In this document: positions 1-13,830 of the stretch, in pieces | Layout of the letters: every line of letters starts with the position of its first letter | Numbering within the stretch: the first letter of the stretch is position 1 | Origin: Octopus sinensis | Taxonomy: Eukaryota | Length of the DNA: 64,000 nt | NCBI RefSeq assembly: GCF_006345805.1 | Contig: NC_042997.1 | Location: 63,302,001 to 63,366,000, forward strand | Direction: 5' to 3' | Made by a program: the position numbers and the translations under genes | The notes under the pieces: generated by a model | What the model was told of the DNA's origin: nothing | Databases searched by the model: none | The model's input: only the letters and a program-made list of their open reading frames with translations

Positions 1-274
1 CACGCTATGAAAGACCCTTAAAATCAAAACTTGAATTTAAGAGTCCGTCATATCCTGAGGAATTTATCTGTAGTAATGCCCTTACTGTAGATAAAAATAT
101 TTACAGGGAATAATTGTAATTGTTTTCCTTATAAGGTTTTCACCTGACCGCATGATAAATTCTTATAAAGATTTTCATTTTAAATTTATATATATATACT
201 TGGAAGTGGATGCGTGGCGTTCGATCATGTAATAACAAAATAGTAAATAAATCATATGCATATATACATACATA

Positions 275-343
<69 letters not shown>

Positions 344-367
344 ATATATATTATATATATATATATC

Positions 368-407
<40 letters not shown>

Positions 408-655
408 TTAATAGAAGAAATCCAAGGGAACAATTACAATGTAGTTAGAAGTTGGTTAACTTCGCTTAAGAATCCCAGGAAATAGTCTTGGTATAGTAAG
501 AATTATTTAGTAGAAAATATCAAAATATAAAAAGAAGACGAGCGCTCGGGAAGTTGGTCATCCATTTATTTCATGAAGTCCGCAACATACGTTACGATGA
601 GCGCATTCCAAAATGTTCGGCAGGATAAATAATAGTGCACCAATCTCTTTATATA

Positions 656-717
<62 letters not shown>

Positions 718-929
718 GTGTGTGTGTGTGTGTGGTGTGTGTGTGTGGTGTGTGTGTGTGTGTGTGCGTGTGTGTGTGCGATGGGTAAATTGCCCCCATT
801 TTGTATTCTTAATTTTGCGCATTGTTTGTTTTTGAATTTGTCGACTACATAATATAGGTGGGTTGGTTGGTCACCTTCTGTGAGAAGAAACAGCACCATG
901 ACGCAATTCATTCAGTCACAAATTAGGAA

Positions 930-1255
930 ATGACATGCTTCACTGATTGGCATTCGCGCTGGAAGCTCCAATACGAATATTTCAGGGTGTTTGTGTGTCA
1001 ACCTGAGGACAGTACAATCTGAGGATGAACTGTGGGTGATAAAAATCAAACATCCAATGAACATCATGGTGTTTAGAGTGATGACTAGTGATAGCGACGA
1101 TATGCTTCCATTCATCTTCCCAGACAGCCCCGGTCTCAATACGGAGGTCTACATTAAGTGCCTGGAGGAAGTGATTTAGGTCAAGAGGGTGACTAGAAGA
1201 CCCTATATCTGGCAACAGGACAAGTAGGAGAACCCAGTCCTGGCTGTCAGATAGT
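930..1255 (+). mobile_element. Tc1/mariner-superfamily (maT/DD37D-like) transposase remnant
   Basis: ORF 991-1179 reads KHPMNIMVFRVMTSDSDDMLPFIFP..LNTEVYIKCLEEV, followed by a degraded WQQD..TSRRTQSWLS segment; typical catalytic-domain text of this transposase family; frameshifted. Confidence 0.75.
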
Positions 1256-1845
1256 TAACATTTTATACTAAGACGAAAACTGACAGAATAGATAAATAAA
1301 TAAATAAATAGATATTAAAGGTATATAACCATCTACACTTCGTTATTTTGACTTCATACACAGACACACAAAATTAATTCAAAGGTACATTAATCTTGAA
1401 TGGATGATTACATCCAAGATTACACTGGTTTGATACTTTATATTATTGGTAAAAAAATTCCATAAAATGAATAGGTCTACATTAAGTACATAATCTATAT
1501 TCTATAAAGAGAAGAAAATGGAGAGTTAACGGGTAATAATTAATTTATTAACATATTGGTTATCATTCCTACGATTGTTTCAATTTATGCTCAATTTATA
1601 AATTACAAATATATGTGATAACTCTTTATGTGTCCGGTCACTTCAGTAATGTAAGTACACCCGTACTGCTGGTGGTTCCTTTTCCTTCTTTGGACTTACC
1701 CCGTTCTCTTTTCGACGAAGACATATGCTCGACAGTCTAATTTTTTCTTTTTACCCAGCGTCAAGCTAGTAAATTACCAGAGCACGTCCCCTTGTTGTCC
1801 GTTAATTTTATTATTCGTTTATTTGATTTGACTGTATATATACAT

Positions 1846-1897
<52 letters not shown>

Positions 1898-1899
1898 AT

Positions 1900-1972
<73 letters not shown>

Positions 1973-2999
1973 GTGTGTGTGTGTGTGTTTGTGTGTGCGT
2001 GTGTGTAAGTGTGTGTATGTGTGTATGTGTGATGTGTGTCTATCTATGTGTGCGTGTGTGCAATTGAATACTACATACACTTTCAGCTTTTAAACAGGTT
2101 ACTAACTTGCAAGTAATGTTCATTTTTATACTATTTGGAACGTTCAAAGTTTCAGCCGTCTCGACTTTCTTAAATTCTTTACAATATATAATCAAATTCA
2201 CTGGATACCTGATACTCGAAAAATGCCTGTGATGGTTATTATACAACCTACGCTTAAGCAGAAAATCGAAGACGGGATGAGGACGAATTTTCTGGTTTTA
2301 TATATTTTCATCGGCAATTAAATATCCTACATTGCACAATCAATTTAAAATGAATATCAAGCTATTGCTACGCTTATAATTTAATCAGGTAGATTAATTT
2401 AAATATCAGACACATTTCCTGATTGTTAGTTAATTACTGACGTGAAGAGGATGGTTTATTTTTCAAGGTGAAGTTCATCATATATATGAATGTAGTTTGG
2501 TTTAAAAAGCATTGCATCATATATAGCCTACACGGGCATTATATACGCATTCCCATACAGACTCACGCACGTACACACACCTACACACATGCAAACACAC
2601 ACACGCACACACACACACACGCACGTACATACCAATAGTAATACAATGTGCAACGGAAGTAATTCGACTGCTAATATCACGAACTTTCAAAAATATATCG
2701 TACTGAATGACGTGTACAAAGAATTCTAATTTCATACAATTTTGCCTCGTTAACGAATAAAGAACAAATCCTCTTGGCAATTAAAGACTAAAAACCAAAA
2801 GGTGATATTTTCAAGAAATTGAGAATGAATTTCTTAAAATATATTTACATATTTATTTAAACCTATTAACCGCATTTGTATTCAATGAATATGGACAAAC
2901 GTTGTTTTCGGTCATTGTTGACCGAATACGGCGGTGTAACGGTTAACATGGTTTCCCTCCAAGTTGCCAACCAGCAGACGTAGGCGTTAAACCTTTTGT

Positions 3000-3180
3000 A
3001 GTCGCAGGCGGTTGAGTGGTAAGAAACATGCTTCTCAACCACATGGTGCCGGGTTCAGTCCTACTGTGTGGCACCTTCGGCAAGTATGTTTTACTTAAGC
3101 CTCGGGCTTACCAAACCCTTTTAAATGGATCTGGTAGCCGGAAGCTGAAAGAATCCCGTCGTATGTATATATATATATAT

Positions 3181-3214
<34 letters not shown>

Positions 3215-3980
3215 TTATTTTTTCTCTCTGTGTGTTTCTGTGTTTGTCCTCCAACACCGCTTGATAACTGGTGTTGATTTATTTACGTCCCCGTAACGTA
3301 GTGGTTCAGCAATAATAAACCGATAGAATAAGTACCAGGCTTCGAAAATATAAGCATTGGGTCGATTCATTCGACTGAAAGTTCTTCAAGACGCTGCTCC
3401 AGCATGGCCACAGTCTAATGATTGAAACAGATATAAGATAAAACTTAACCATGTTTGTACGCAATGAACAAGTACGAACGTTTATTGGTCATTGTGGATC
3501 TAGATTAAGTTGACAAAATTTTCGGCGTCGGTTGATGGTGAGAAACCTGCTCCCTAACCATGTGGATTTGGTTCAGTTCCTCTCTCCAACACCTTCGTTC
3601 AGTTCCACTGTCCAACACCTTGGTTCAGCTCCACTGTCCAACACCTTGTCTTCCAATATAGGTCCAGACTCGACCGAAGCCTATGAATGGAATTGGTACA
3701 CGGAAATTGAAAGAAGCCTCTCGTGTGCGCACACACACAGAGATATTTATGAATGTGTGTGTACACGTGCATGAGGTATTTGTGTGTGTGTGTCCGTGTG
3801 TTTGTGTTTCCATCACTATAGGTTTGCGTCAACATAACTTAATGGTACAGCACCACCAACCGATAGAATAAAAGAAGGCTCTGAAAAAAGGTGTATTGGG
3901 GTTGACTCGTTCGACTAAAACACTTCCAGGCAGTGCCCCCACTATGAGTGGAATTCAATGACTGAAACAAGTTAAACGAT
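3000..3980 (+). mobile_element. Two tandem tRNA-derived SINE copies (family Y) with microsatellite middles
   Basis: Heads like gttgagtggtaagaaacatgcttctcaaccacatggtgccgggttcagtcc and tails like ccgatagaataagtaccaggc...gcatggccacagtctaatgattgaaac occur twice here and again at 40040-40200 (-), 42105-42265 (-) and 50438-51010 (+). The second copy has a ~26 bp unit repeated about three times (3580-3650). Confidence 0.75.
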
Positions 3981-4904
3981 ATGAAAAGCTAGTTACGAAT
4001 CTTATTTTGGCCAATGTTATTTGACTAATAGAAAAAATAATAATTAAATTGATCAGTCTTGTGAATTTAGATGTCACACTTCACTGGTGATATAAAGAAA
4101 TTATGATTTAATTGGAATCTGTCTCTCAATAGAATTAATAAAAAATGAAATCTAGCAATGACTTTTAGCGATTTTATTAGTGGAAAGGAAGTAATTATGT
4201 AATATTCTCTGAAAAGTAATCGAAAAGCTTATGGAAAAATCTGATGTATGTATGCAAGTTATGAATAACCAAGGATTTGTTTCTGTGATATTGAACCTCA
4301 TTAGCTTAGTATAATCCAATTAACCCTGATTTAATCAACTGGATAATGTTTGCATAATCAAAATTTTTAACGAGCTATTTTAAACAGAACAATTTGCAAA
4401 ATTCAAACAATAAAACTAGTTAAGCCAAATAATGTAAGAGGTTAAATGTAATGAATTTTAATATGCTAACAAACGTTTCACCGAATACCATACTATATGT
4501 AAAAAAATTCTCGGTTATTCAATTGCTCACACACTGATACAAACACACGCACGCACACTCACAAACACACACACACACAAACACACACACATACACGCAT
4601 ACAAACATACACACATTCATACACACATTCACACGTACACACATACACTCACAACACAACATAACACAACACACACACACATATATATATATAGAGAGAG
4701 GGAGAATAAACCCAAGCCGAATCGCAATAATAGATTCTCAGGAATCCATCTTATTGGATGGAAGTTTCTACCAAAGCCTCGGTTCGCTCTTTGCCCTTCG
4801 ACAAAATTGGGTGAACGAGTCATTGTAACCAGAATGATTTGCAAAGTTCAAACAATAAAACTAGTTAAGCAAATAATCAAATGAATTTTAATATGCTAAC
4901 AAAG

Positions 4905-5437
4905 TACTTTGGGAGGTAGTGCAATGGACTGTAACTGCAGTTGAATGACCAGTAGTGTTAGTGACGGTCATGCTAACTTGCCTAAGATCTAGCACTCAAA
5001 CCTTCCATCCATGTTAAAAGTTAGAATATTTAGATCACTGCTTGGCCCGGTCCTTCTCTATGGTTCAAAGACCTGGATCTTATCAGATCTCTTAGAAAAA
5101 CATCTAGATGGAACATATACCAGCCTGCTCAGAAAAATACAGAACATCAGTTGGAGATCACAGCCAACACTTAGTAGCATCTTCGGAAATCTGATACCAA
5201 TATTCCCCAAACTAAAGCAGAAACAGCTACAATTTGCTGGCCACTGTCATCGAGCAGAGAAAAAGGTTATCTCATCCCTGCTCCTATGGCATCCCTCTGG
5301 AAATGTTTTCTTCGGGAAAATGGCATTTACAGATGATATATCTCGGGACCAAGGGCTGGGTATGAGAGATCTGAACACAGCAATGCAGGACCGTGTAGTG
5401 TGGAAAGGGATTGCCAATGGAGTTCCGACTAACCATA
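4905..5437 (+). mobile_element. RTE-clade LINE, 3' ORF fragment
   Basis: ORF 5011-5562 reads VLLYGSKTWILS..LEKHLDGTYTSLLRKIQNISW...LQFAGHCHRA..VISSLLLW, the post-RT C-terminal region of RTE-type LINEs. It is interrupted at ~5438 by a Tc1 terminal repeat. Confidence 0.8.
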
Positions 5438-6377
5438 GCGCCTTGAACAAAAGTGTTAGCCCCCCCCCACACACAATGTTTTGGAGTTCTGCTATCTCAA
5501 TGTTACTGAAACTCATGTACATGGTAGATTATGGTACGTTTCACAATATACATAACCTTTAATTTCTGGTTGTGTTTCCTTTAGCATAAATTACCGCTTT
5601 TATACGGTTAGGCATTGAATCAACTAGTTTTTTGCAGGTGCTAAGTGCAATTTTACTCCATTTTTCTCTCAACTTTTGGTAAAAATGCTCTTTATTTCTA
5701 ATTGGTGTATTCCTGATAGCTTCACCAAGAGTTCCCCATAGGTGCTTGATCTGATTTAGATTAGGACTTTGAGTTGATCACTCCATTGGTCACTCCCTGT
5801 GTCTCAAACCATTGATGAGTATTCTTTGCTGTATGACATGGAGCGTTGTCCAGTTGAAAGATAACACTGCTTTTCGACACGTCTGGATGCAATTTACCAA
5901 GTGATGGCTCTGAAACATCCGATAACATAGAAACACAGGTAACTGAATTCATCCTTCCCTAATATAAAAATATTTCCCCGGGTCCTGTGACAGACATGCA
6001 GGCCATGATAGAACCAGCCTTATGTATTATGGTTAGTACAAGACATTCAGCCATAAATGCTTCCTCAGGTCTGTGACGCACGAAAGTTGCACCAGATGTA
6101 CCAAAACCTGAGTAAAACATGGATACTTTTTTATATATTTTGGGCAGCAAAAGAGTTACATTAAGTTACTTTCATCAGACTTTTGACCATTTCTCACTGG
6201 TTCACTTCGAATGGTTTTTGGCCCGCTGAAGACGTTTTTCCATATTCGTTTCAGAAACACATGGATTCTTCCTGGCTTTACAGCCTTTCAGACCGTAATC
6301 TACAAGACTTCTAACACATCTGTTTGATATTTGTGAAGTACTTGCGTCATTGAAATCCGCACAGAGCTCCGACGATG
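5438..6377 (-). mobile_element. Tc1 (DD34E) transposon, 3' half with terminal inverted repeat
   Basis: Minus strand carries SDES, FGTSGATFVRHRPEE, IFQLDNAPCHTAK and a degraded QSPNLNQIKHLW; 5438-5610 matches the terminal repeat at 7736-7900. Confidence 0.85.
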
Positions 6378-6640
6378 GGATAACAACACCACCATCTTCC
6401 TTGCAAGAGGTAAAATAAGACTGTTCGAATTAGGATATTCCACCATCCTGAGGAGTCAGGCTCCGTTAGGCGGCTTGCGAAACTTCAAGCAACACAGAAT
6501 CCCCAAAAAACTGTTTTGAATAATATATGTGTGTGTGTGTGTTTGTATGTGTGTGTGTTTTTGCTTGTGTATGTGTGTGTATGTATGTATGTATATATAT
6601 ATGGGGGCTGTATGTGTGTGTTTATATATATATATATATC

Positions 6641-6691
<51 letters not shown>

Positions 6692-7257
6692 GGTAATTTC
6701 TAACAATCTACAAAATTCGATCTTTAACTGTCTTCTTTGCACTACATATATTTATTTCCAACTTTTAAACTGTATTCCCATTCATCTATCACACTATATT
6801 TTTCCACTCTTAATTTTCTGTTAATTTCTTTCTTTCTCCTCCTTCTCTTTCTCTAAATTACCTTTGACGTTAAATCTATTAACGTTTTTTTTAAATAGCT
6901 TGCTAGGTTTTCCCTTCGGTCACATTCGATTAAAATGTCCTATTGTGGTGTTTTGATTTTCTTTTTTTTGCTTCCTGACGAGATGATTGCAATTTTTTAC
7001 ATTTTTTTTCCTCCGGAATAATCTCAATGCTTTTTCCGAAACATATGTTGGAAGTATAAATGATTTGAATAACAATTGCGTTTGACTCCATTTCTTAATT
7101 TATCCATGTTATTCAAAAATATTTCACTTAACTCTGGAATTTCTACCTTTATAATTAGGCTGTAATACCTTTTGCACTAAAGTGAATTTTTGCTACCTTG
7201 GTAAATATTTTTCCTGTTTCCTTGTTATTTGTACACATTAAAAATATACACATATAC

Positions 7258-7305
<48 letters not shown>

Positions 7306-7316
7306 GTATGTATATA

Positions 7317-7417
<101 letters not shown>

Positions 7418-7735
7418 ATATATATAATTGATATAAAATAAAGCGAAGAAAAACACAAGAAGAAAAAAACAACACCGAGAAGACGTGGTATATGCAAAGT
7501 ATTAACAGACGCTCAAGGAAGAAAAAAATGGTTGTTTTACGTTTTGACCAAAGCTCAGGCCTACTATATGTATTTATATATATTCATGTAGATATAGGGC
7601 TCAGTTAATTCCGACCTCAGGTGTTCAAGAACAGAAACTTGTAGTTAACTGGACATCCCAGACATTACGCAGAATTCCAACTTTCATTATAATACAATTA
7701 GTATAATTCTTCATCATCCTCCTTCGACCAGCATG

Positions 7736-8604
7736 CAGCCTTGGCCAAAAGTATTAGGCCACCCCAATGTTTTGGGATTCTGCTATCTCAATGTTAATGA
7801 AACTCGTGCACTTGATAGGTTATAGTATATTTCACAAACTGCATAGTTTTAATATCTGGTTGTCCCTCCTTTAGCATCAATTGCTGATTTTATACTGTAC
7901 TGTATATATGCAACTAATTATGAGTAAGACCAACGTCCAAAATTAACTTATTGATTATTTCAGAGTTTTATGCTAAAGCACGTTGTAGATACAGTTCATA
8001 AACAGTAACATGCCTAAAACAAGGGAGTTAAGTGAGTGTGAGCGAGGTCAAATCGTAGCTCATCATGAAGATGGAATGTCTCAAAGGAAAATTGCTCAGA
8101 AGTTGAAATATTCTTGATTTGCGGTGCAAATGACGCCCAATCGCTTCAGGGAGACAAAAGATGTGAAGACAATACAAAGATCAGGTAGAAAAAAGGCTAC
8201 ATCACCTCGTGATGACAGATCCATCATCCGTCAGTCGTTCAGAAACAGGTGAAGAGCATCGTTGGAGCTCTGTGCGGATTTCAATGACGCAAGTACTTCA
8301 CAAATATCAAACAGAAGTGTTAGAAGTCTTGTAGAGTACGGTCTGAAAGGCTGTAAAGCCAGGAAGAATCCATGTGTTTCTGAAACGAATATGGAAAAAC
8401 GTCTTCAGTGGGCCCAAAACCACTCGAAGTGAACCAGTGAGCAATGGTCGAAAGTCTGAGGAAAGTAACTATGAGGTAAGATAGTAGAGATAGTAGATGC
8501 ATTCAATCAACACATAAACTTAATGTAACTCTTTTGCTGTCCAAAATATATAAAAAAAAGTATCCATGTTTTACTCAGGTTTTGGTACATCTGGTGCAAC
8601 TTTC
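7736..8604 (+). mobile_element. Tc1 transposon, 5' half with terminal repeat and N-terminal HTH region
   Basis: Starts cagccttggccaaaagtattagg; ATG at 8010 reads MPKTRELSECERGQIVAHHEDGMSQRKIAQKL...RSGRKKATSPRDDRSIIRQS (paired-like HTH and GRPR-like motif); in-frame stops follow. Confidence 0.85.
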
Positions 8605-9137
8605 ATGTATCTACAGCCCAATATATATAGTAAAGGTAGGTAAAGTGAGTTACGTGGTCTTTGTAGATTTTGACAATTAAATGATTCTAAGTTTCCCTTT
8701 TTGTATTTGTTATAGTTAACGAAATGCAAATAAGGTGACGTTACTGAATATTCTATCAGAGAGATGTTACATTTCGTTTTCTTTGTGTTCTCTGTGATTT
8801 ATTCAAGTATATAAAACAACCACATGCAACACGCACGAGTCCTCCATGTAGTGCGTCGATACATGAAAATTAACATGCAGTAAGTATAAGTTATTGTCAT
8901 GAAGTTTAAAATTATAATGCAACACACAAATACACACGCTCGCGCACACACTCAATCACACACGCACACACACACGCCTCCATATATATATATATGCATA
9001 ATACGTGTGTGAGTACATATGCACATATGTATATATCTATGCCTATAAATATCTTTATATTTACATATGTGTGTGCATACACACCCACACACATATATAT
9101 ATATATATATACATACATACATACACACACACGCACA

Positions 9138-9186
<49 letters not shown>

Positions 9187-9302
9187 GCATGTGCACTGAG
9201 AGAAAGAGTGAGAAAAGGTGGGAGAGATGTTTGAATGCTAAGAGAGTCTTAGATAATAAGATATGCACACACACAAATAGACCGAGTAATATATATATAT
9301 AT

Positions 9303-9334
<32 letters not shown>

Positions 9335-9740
9335 AATATATATATATATATACACATAGTGAGAAGAACATAGGCACAATATTCTTGGATGGAGTTTGCT
9401 GTACATTTTAATCTTATTTTTCTTCAAGTGGAAGCACCTGGTTTATGTCAATAACACTACACGATTTCTATATTTCATATACGAAAATAAAGCACAATAC
9501 TCCAAGAAGCATGCAAAAATATTGATATTCTTATTCATATTTGCCTCGATTTTTATAAGACGATTTCAAAGTCATGGCAGGTTAATTTCTCCAGCTAAGA
9601 TTTGACCTGTTAAAGTAAATACGAGCATTTTGATATTAGAATATGATTACACATTAGCAATACAATACAGATACATATTGCTGCTGGGATTACTGTGTGG
9701 TTAAGCTCTCTCCTGTGTTAATGATGTGTACGCTGAAACC

Positions 9741-9827
<87 letters not shown>

Positions 9828-9987
9828 GTGTGTGTGTGTGTGTGTGTGCGTGTGTGTGTGTATAACAGAAATATGTTACAAAAAGAAAATAGAAACTACA
9901 CGCGGAAATGTAAGAGGAAATAAGAAGAAAAATAAGGGAAAATGTACATTGGAAATCAAAAAAGTAAAGGTTTTTATGACGAATAAT

Positions 9988-10047
<60 letters not shown>

Positions 10048-10049
10048 TG

Positions 10050-10740
10050 AACTGAGGTAGGAAGAAAAGTAGTAAAAGTCAATATTATGAATTGTTAAAG
10101 AGATTTAAAAACATACCGGTTTCGTAAAATTACTAATCATTGTTTTGAATGCATACCGATTAATACACGGTGACAGGTCTACTAGTCCCTGAGTAAAAAG
10201 TTTATGAGTAAGTGAGTTATGTAGTTCTGGATTTGGTGCATTTACGGTTGACATAGATTTGTAATGTGAATGGTGTATGGGATGTATCAGGATTTAGTGG
10301 TATTAAGTAAAAGGTTCGTAGTATTCTGTATTATGCTATGTGTTTATATTCAGTTGTGGAAGATATTTATTGATGAAAGTTGCCTCTTTTTTCATTCTTT
10401 GTTATAGTGATGTGTTCTGTGAACATTGATACAAGGGTAAAATTAGGAAATTAGGATTAAGATTCCTAGCACACCTTGGTATGAGTTTACTGACCTGTAT
10501 TTTTCTGTAATGTGGGTGGCGGATTGGTTCTTTGCGGAGAGTGGTTCTTCGACGGAGTGATATTCCTGTTTGGCCAATATAATTATTACCACACCCTAAG
10601 CATGTAATGGCATAGATTATATTTTCCGAAGCGCAGGTGAAATTTGATTTAATCTTAAATATTTTACCTTGTTTAAAGTAGAACTCTGAACCTTCCAAAA
10701 GGTGGGGACATGTACCACAGTTAGCTCGACCACATTTTTC
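10050..10740 (-). mobile_element. Penelope-like element, 3' fragment (Zn-finger linker, GIY-YIG endonuclease, 3' UTR)
   Basis: Minus strand reads KCGRANCGTCPHLLEGSEFYFKQG...NIIYAITCLGCGNNYIGQTG (GIY-YIG with Cys linker); a decayed hammerhead motif lies downstream at 10108-10146. Confidence 0.85.
10108..10146 (-). ncRNA. Decayed minimal type I hammerhead motif
   Basis: AAAACA ATGATTA GTAA TT TTAC GAAA CCGG TA TGTTTT: stems I and II pair, stem III is the palindrome ACCGGT, core has C3A and G8U changes so it is probably inactive. Confidence 0.6.
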
Positions 10741-10762
10741 ATTTTTTTCTATTTGTTTGCAC

Positions 10763-10801
<39 letters not shown>

Positions 10802-10923
10802 ATATATATATATGTATATATATATAGTTAATCCAAACAAGAAAACACAAAAAACACAACAACGCGAGGACGTGGAACAAATATAGTATTATTGGACGCT
10901 CAGGAAAGAAGGGAAGAAGGTGG

Positions 10924-10958
10924 GTTTAACGTTTCGAGCGGAGCTCTTCATCGGAAAC
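10924..10958 (-). ncRNA. Near-intact minimal type I hammerhead in a ~200 bp Penelope pLTR-like repeat (10828-11030)
   Basis: GTTT CCGATGA A GAGC TCC GCTC GAAA CG TT AAAC: U4C core variant, palindromic AACGTT stem III; repeat flanked by (TA)n on both sides. Degenerate relatives at ~1700-1800 (+) and ~7440-7560 (-). Confidence 0.65.
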
Positions 10959-11025
10959 ATAGGAGAAGGAAAGATCCAGAGAAGGGAAGACAGAGTAAAT
11001 AAATCACCAACGGTACACACGAGGT

Positions 11026-11119
<94 letters not shown>

Positions 11120-11779
11120 TCACGCACCAGAACATTTGATATTTTACTTATATGACGATGTTAGTGTTATGATTATTGAGTGAGAGAGCAGTGCATGCGA
11201 TCAAAATGACACTGGGATAAAATATACGAATCCCAATGTACCCACATGATAAAATTACACAATGTATCCGTCTGATAAAGTTACATCAGGTACATGCATC
11301 AGAACCATATATGTGTGACATGGTAATCTCATATCAGGATAAATAGTGCATGTCCTTGTAGGTGGGGCCCATTAGACTTTTCATCAGGTCGAGTAACCCA
11401 TCCCGCTCAAAAGATCCCTGAATAATGGGTGTTGAAGAATGTCGAACGAAACACTCATGTTTCCAGATGTAGATTATCCAAACCCTAAAGAATTCCTCTA
11501 AATACATGACAATGATTCCTCCCCACTACTTCTGCTCGTGATCAGAAAGTCAGATCAGCCACCAAGGGGCATGCTCAACTGATTAAGGTCAAACAACCGA
11601 CAAGCAAATCTGGGGTATGGAGCAGAATATTTTCTGCCGCCCATCTTTTACACAAAGAGAAAACAATGTACATGATAACACTTCCAATCAGTTAAGATCA
11701 GAAGCCACGTGAGTTACTGTCTGGTACTGCATCAGGGTATTTATTATTATTAGTAGTAGTAGTATTGTTATTATTATTA

Positions 11780-11847
<68 letters not shown>

Positions 11848-11879
11848 ATTATTATTGTCATTATTATTATTATTCAGTA

Positions 11880-13075
11880 GTCTTATTATTATCACGTTCT
11901 TTCACAGCTGTATGCGCCTTAGGTATGTCCTGTGGTTTGTTGTGATGCTCTTATTGTTACAGTATTGAAAGTGCTTTATGTAGGATGTGTGCAGTGCCTA
12001 GTATTGCTATTTTCTGTATGCTATACATACTTGTTAGTCCTGGTGTTTATATTATGTATTTGTCTCAATATTTTTTTTATCATACCTAATGCGCCTACTA
12101 TAATAGGACATTTTCTGTTTTTAGACTCCACATTCTAGTTACCTCTGTTTCCAGGTCTTTGTACTTTGAAAGTTTCTCCATTTCTTTTAGAGAAATGTTG
12201 TCATCTGTTGGTATTGATACATCGATTAGAAAGCATCTTTTCTTGGTGACCTCTGACAACTATATCCAGCCTATTGGCCTTAATTGTAGCTTAATTGTAT
12301 ATTGTAGCTGTAACTTATATCTGAGACGACAAAATTGTTGATACTTATCTTGTTTATCGCATTGAGCTCTATTTTCAGTATTAATTTAACTCGTCTATAC
12401 TATTCTTTTCTTATTTCCTCTTCCTCTGCGTGTGTTGTATCGTATCTAGCTCATTGATTCCTAAGTATTTGTATGTCTGGCTTTGGTCTAATTCTCTTTC
12501 ATTTGCTTTATTCAGTGTGACGTTGCTACTCTTAACTAGATTTCCTCTTTTCAAGGTTGTTTTGGCAGATTTTTATAAGACAGATCTCATGTTTCTTTCT
12601 TTGGCAAATTCATGTTCTGGCTGTGGTAATGTTTCCAGTTGTTTATTATTTGTAGCGTACAATTTTATATCAACTATATATAAGAGGTAGCTACTTGCTT
12701 TGCCGTAACAGTTGTTTCCACATCCAGTTCTTTTAAGCATGTCAAATAAATGTGTCAGTTCCAAGCAGAAAAGGAGTGGAGAGAGTGTGCCCCCCTGAAA
12801 TATTCCTCTTTTAATGAGGATGGCTTTGATTTTTATGAGTCCATCTTTTGTTTGGAGCTGTAGCATTGATTGTTATATATTCATGGAATGTTTTATATAT
12901 TTTATGATTGTTCATGGCTAGTGTTTCTAGGTTCCATATGTGTGGAATACTGATATTACTGGCATTGCTGCTGCATTTGGTGGTAAATTTGTGCCCTTGG
13001 AGGGGGACTTTAGGCAAGTCCTGCACATATTGCTAAGAGGAACTCTTGAGACAATTATTGAAATCTGTATTTAAA
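11880..13075 (-). mobile_element. R4/Dong-like non-LTR retrotransposon, decayed RT plus C-terminal region
   Basis: ORF 12573-12866 reads KRGIFQGGTLSPLLFCLEL...YLLYIVDIKLYATN (RT motifs QGDxLSP and YMDD, degraded); near 12000 the minus strand reads like QKIAILGTAHILHKAL, a terminal motif of RLE-encoding clades; ends in an (AAT)n tail. Confidence 0.7.
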
Positions 13076-13129
13076 ATTCTCCTCTATGGCCGAATTTCAT
13101 CAAATACAGAATAAGCCAAAACATCAGGA

Positions 13130-13830
13130 TAACAGTAGATCAAAGGGAAGTTGCAGCATGGCTCTTAGATCTTGGCAATGAAATATATGGAGGTTCACAA
13201 GGTCCTAATCTTGCCGTTGATAACATAGAAGTGCCTCAAATTTCATGCGTTGACGGCTCTCTAGTAGATGATATCTTCAACAATACATCTGAGGAATACA
13301 TCTGCCTCCTAATCAATGAAGACGTGTTGAGAAAACTTTCAGGTGACTACCGCACCTGTTATAGTACAGATAATGTTTTGACAGATGATCCTGCTGAGGC
13401 TGAGCGCCATCTACTTGAATTTCTAAACTCTTTGACATTATCAGGAATGCCTGCTCATAAATTGAGTTTAAAACACAGCTCAATAGTAATGCTTCTTCAT
13501 AACATTTCTATCCAGAATGGGCCTCTGCAATGGTACAAGACTGGAAGTGGTAGCCATGCATCAACATTCAGTCAAGGCTTCCTCTATTAGCGGGTCACTA
13601 ACTGGCTGACGTATCCTCATCCCTAGAATAAAGCTGGTTCCAAGCGACCCTAACTTACCATTCGCCTTGGAGAGAACCTAGTTTCCTGTCATATGCCATG
13701 ACTTTTAACAAGTCACAGGGGCAGACATTTGAGAGCGTGGGATTGTTCTTTCCTCAACCAGTGTTCAGTCACGGGCAGTTGTATGTGGCATACTCTAGAG
13801 CTCACAAGCTCTCAGATATAAAGGTCAAGA
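13130..13830 (+). mobile_element. Helitron PIF1-like helicase C-terminal remnant
   Basis: EFLNSLTLSGMPAHKLSLK..IVMLL.NI, then in shifted frames GLCNGTRL, AMTFNKSQGQTF..VGLFFPQPVFSHGQLYVAYSRA. A possible 3' end (weak hairpin plus CTAG) lies at ~14310-14342. Confidence 0.9.

Noticed and set aside
45-115. CTGAGGA followed by a 14 bp hairpin
   Set aside because: GAAA does not follow the hairpin and no stem I or III can be formed.
2866-2946. TTAA-CCG...CGG-TTAA 80 bp segment as a piggyBac-type MITE
   Set aside because: Terminal complementarity is short and gapped, and there is no second copy in the window.
6970-7055. CTGACGA ... GAAA CATATG TT GGAAG as a hammerhead
   Set aside because: Stem III is palindromic, but stem II does not close next to the core and stem I is out of register by one base; at best a decayed trace.
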